A stretch of DNA of 45,128 bases from a virus. Lineage: Duplodnaviria; Caudoviricetes. Shown one piece after another: positions 44,016 through 45,128 of the stretch; positions within the stretch are counted from its first letter, which is position 1; each line of letters begins with the position of its first letter. The translations under genes and the position numbers were made by a program. Location of the stretch: positions 1-45,128 of IMG/VR virus record IMGVR_UViG_3300030117_003909. The stretch is one strand, 5' to 3'. Under the pieces are notes generated by a model. It made no database searches, was not told where the DNA came from, and was given only the letters and a program-made list of their open reading frames with translations.

Positions 44016-45128
44016 TTCGCATACCAGGCGTGCAAGAGACGGCACCGAGCACCGTCTCTCTTCAAGCTCCGCTGGGGCAGCAAGTGCAGCAAAACGAAGG
44101 CCTAGAAATGCTAGGTCAGACGGCGTCGATGACGGGCCGGCAAGCTACGCGCTTTGCCGCGCTTGGCCAGCAGGGCATGCGAAACGCGCGCGTGTCGAAA
44201 GCTAAAGAAGGCCAGACTCGTGCGGCGCAGAAGATTAAAGAACTGCTAGAAGGTCGAGAAAACGGTTACCTGCTCAAGAAAGGTGCGGCCGCGCGCGACG
44301 GCATTGGCGACCTAGAGAAAGCACTCGACGCCGAATACAAAAAGATCGCCGGGGCTTTTGACGACGACGAAACGCGCAAGATGTTTGAGGAGGCTGTCGC
44401 TCTCGACTTTACTCGCGCGAAGACCGCCGCCGGCATCCACTGGTCGAAACAATCGCAGGTCGCAAACGCGGCGCAAAGCAAGGTGCGCTACGGGCAACAC
44501 AAGGCTGACATCGCCGCCGGCGATTGGGGCGCGCGGGTCGACCTGCGCGACGAGATTAACGAATACGGCCAGATCGTCGGGCTGTCGCCAGAGCAACGCG
44601 ACCAGCTTTACAACGACACGCTGTCCGAGGCTGAGAGCAGCTACGTCTCGACGTTAATGGATGAGGGCGATCTCGACGCTGCCGAGCGCGAGCTCGAAAA
44701 GCACGGACCTAGGATCGAACGCGCGCAACGCGCTTCGCTCGGCAAGCGTCTTCGGCAAGAGAGGAAATCGGAGGCTGCGCTGGACGAGACCAAGAAGCGC
44801 AACGCCAAGGCACAGTCTGCGGTGTTCAAGCTCATAGATCGCTACGCCGTCGACGAGGATCAAGCCAGGATCGACCAGTTCCTGGGGCTGCCGCGTGACG
44901 AGCTGTCCGGTGCGGAGCGTCATTCAAAAATCCTTGCCGACCTAGAGCAGCAGCGGCGCGACAACATCGACGATCCGACCAAGGGTCTTAGCGCTGAGGA
45001 ATACATTACGGCGCGGACGTTCTTGTCGAACGAGATGGCAGACGTGCGAGCGCGCGAAAAGGAGGCCATCGCAAGCGACCTTGCCGTGGTAGAGAAAGCG
45101 TTTACTGACGACCCAACAACGACCCTGG
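44012..45128 (+). CDS. N-terminal part of an internal virion/ejection protein (continues across the junction to 1227)
   Basis: ATGA overlap at 44012; MIRIPGVQETAP...; open to the end of the window and in frame with position 1. Confidence 0.75.
   Translation, partial: MIRIPGVQETAPSTVSLQAPLGQQVQQNEGLEMLGQTASMTGRQATRFAALGQQGMRNARVSKAKEGQTRAAQKIKELLEGRENGYLLKKGAAARDGIGDLEKALDAEYKKIAGAFDDDETRKMFEEAVALDFTRAKTAAGIHWSKQSQVANAAQSKVRYGQHKADIAAGDWGARVDLRDEINEYGQIVGLSPEQRDQLYNDTLSEAESSYVSTLMDEGDLDAAERELEKHGPRIERAQRASLGKRLRQERKSEAALDETKKRNAKAQSAVFKLIDRYAVDEDQARIDQFLGLPRDELSGAERHSKILADLEQQRRDNIDDPTKGLSAEEYITARTFLSNEMADVRAREKEAIASDLAVVEKAFTDDPTTTL
45038..45128. repeat. Terminal direct repeat (copy of 1-91)
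   Basis: Exact match read directly. Confidence 0.95.

Noticed and set aside
45038-45128. 91-bp terminal repeat as a biological T7-type DTR
   Set aside because: It falls in the middle of a coding sequence and looks like an assembler overlap, so it indicates circularity only

Overview
This window is a complete, circularly assembled GC-rich podovirus genome of about 45,037 bp. Bases 1-91 are repeated at 45038-45128 and one ORF reads through the junction. The architecture is BPP-1/BcepC6B-like (T7-supergroup virion genes, no phage RNA polymerase). The leftward early/replication arm carries a zinc-finger microprotein, a degenerate NADAR-like protein, a DUF6011-type protein, an SNF2 helicase, a HicA-like protein, a DUF2800 nuclease, a DUF2815 SSB, a family A DNA polymerase and an HTH protein. 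The rightward arm carries an AEP primase-helicase, a palindrome cluster, RusA, terminases, a GNAT, portal, a repeat-rich fibre, small membrane/lipoproteins, scaffold, Bbp17-like capsid, two Bbp16-like cement proteins, a tail adaptor fused to an SGNH/SASA-like esterase, a nozzle and three ejection proteins. The last of these is a 3304-aa polyvalent protein (LPD23 + zincin peptidase, HhH-glycosylase-like domain, ADP-ribosyltransferase). The strongest novelty candidates are: (i) a nested +1-frame gene with its own RBS directly after the putative DNA-modifying domain of the giant ejection protein (possible built-in antitoxin); (ii) the esterase-adaptor fusion; (iii) a probably catalytically dead NADAR; (iv) several DNA/RNA-level repeat and structure elements. 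I recognised no integrase, DGR, tRNA, CRISPR array or endolysin. All family calls come from motif recognition by eye; no searches were run.
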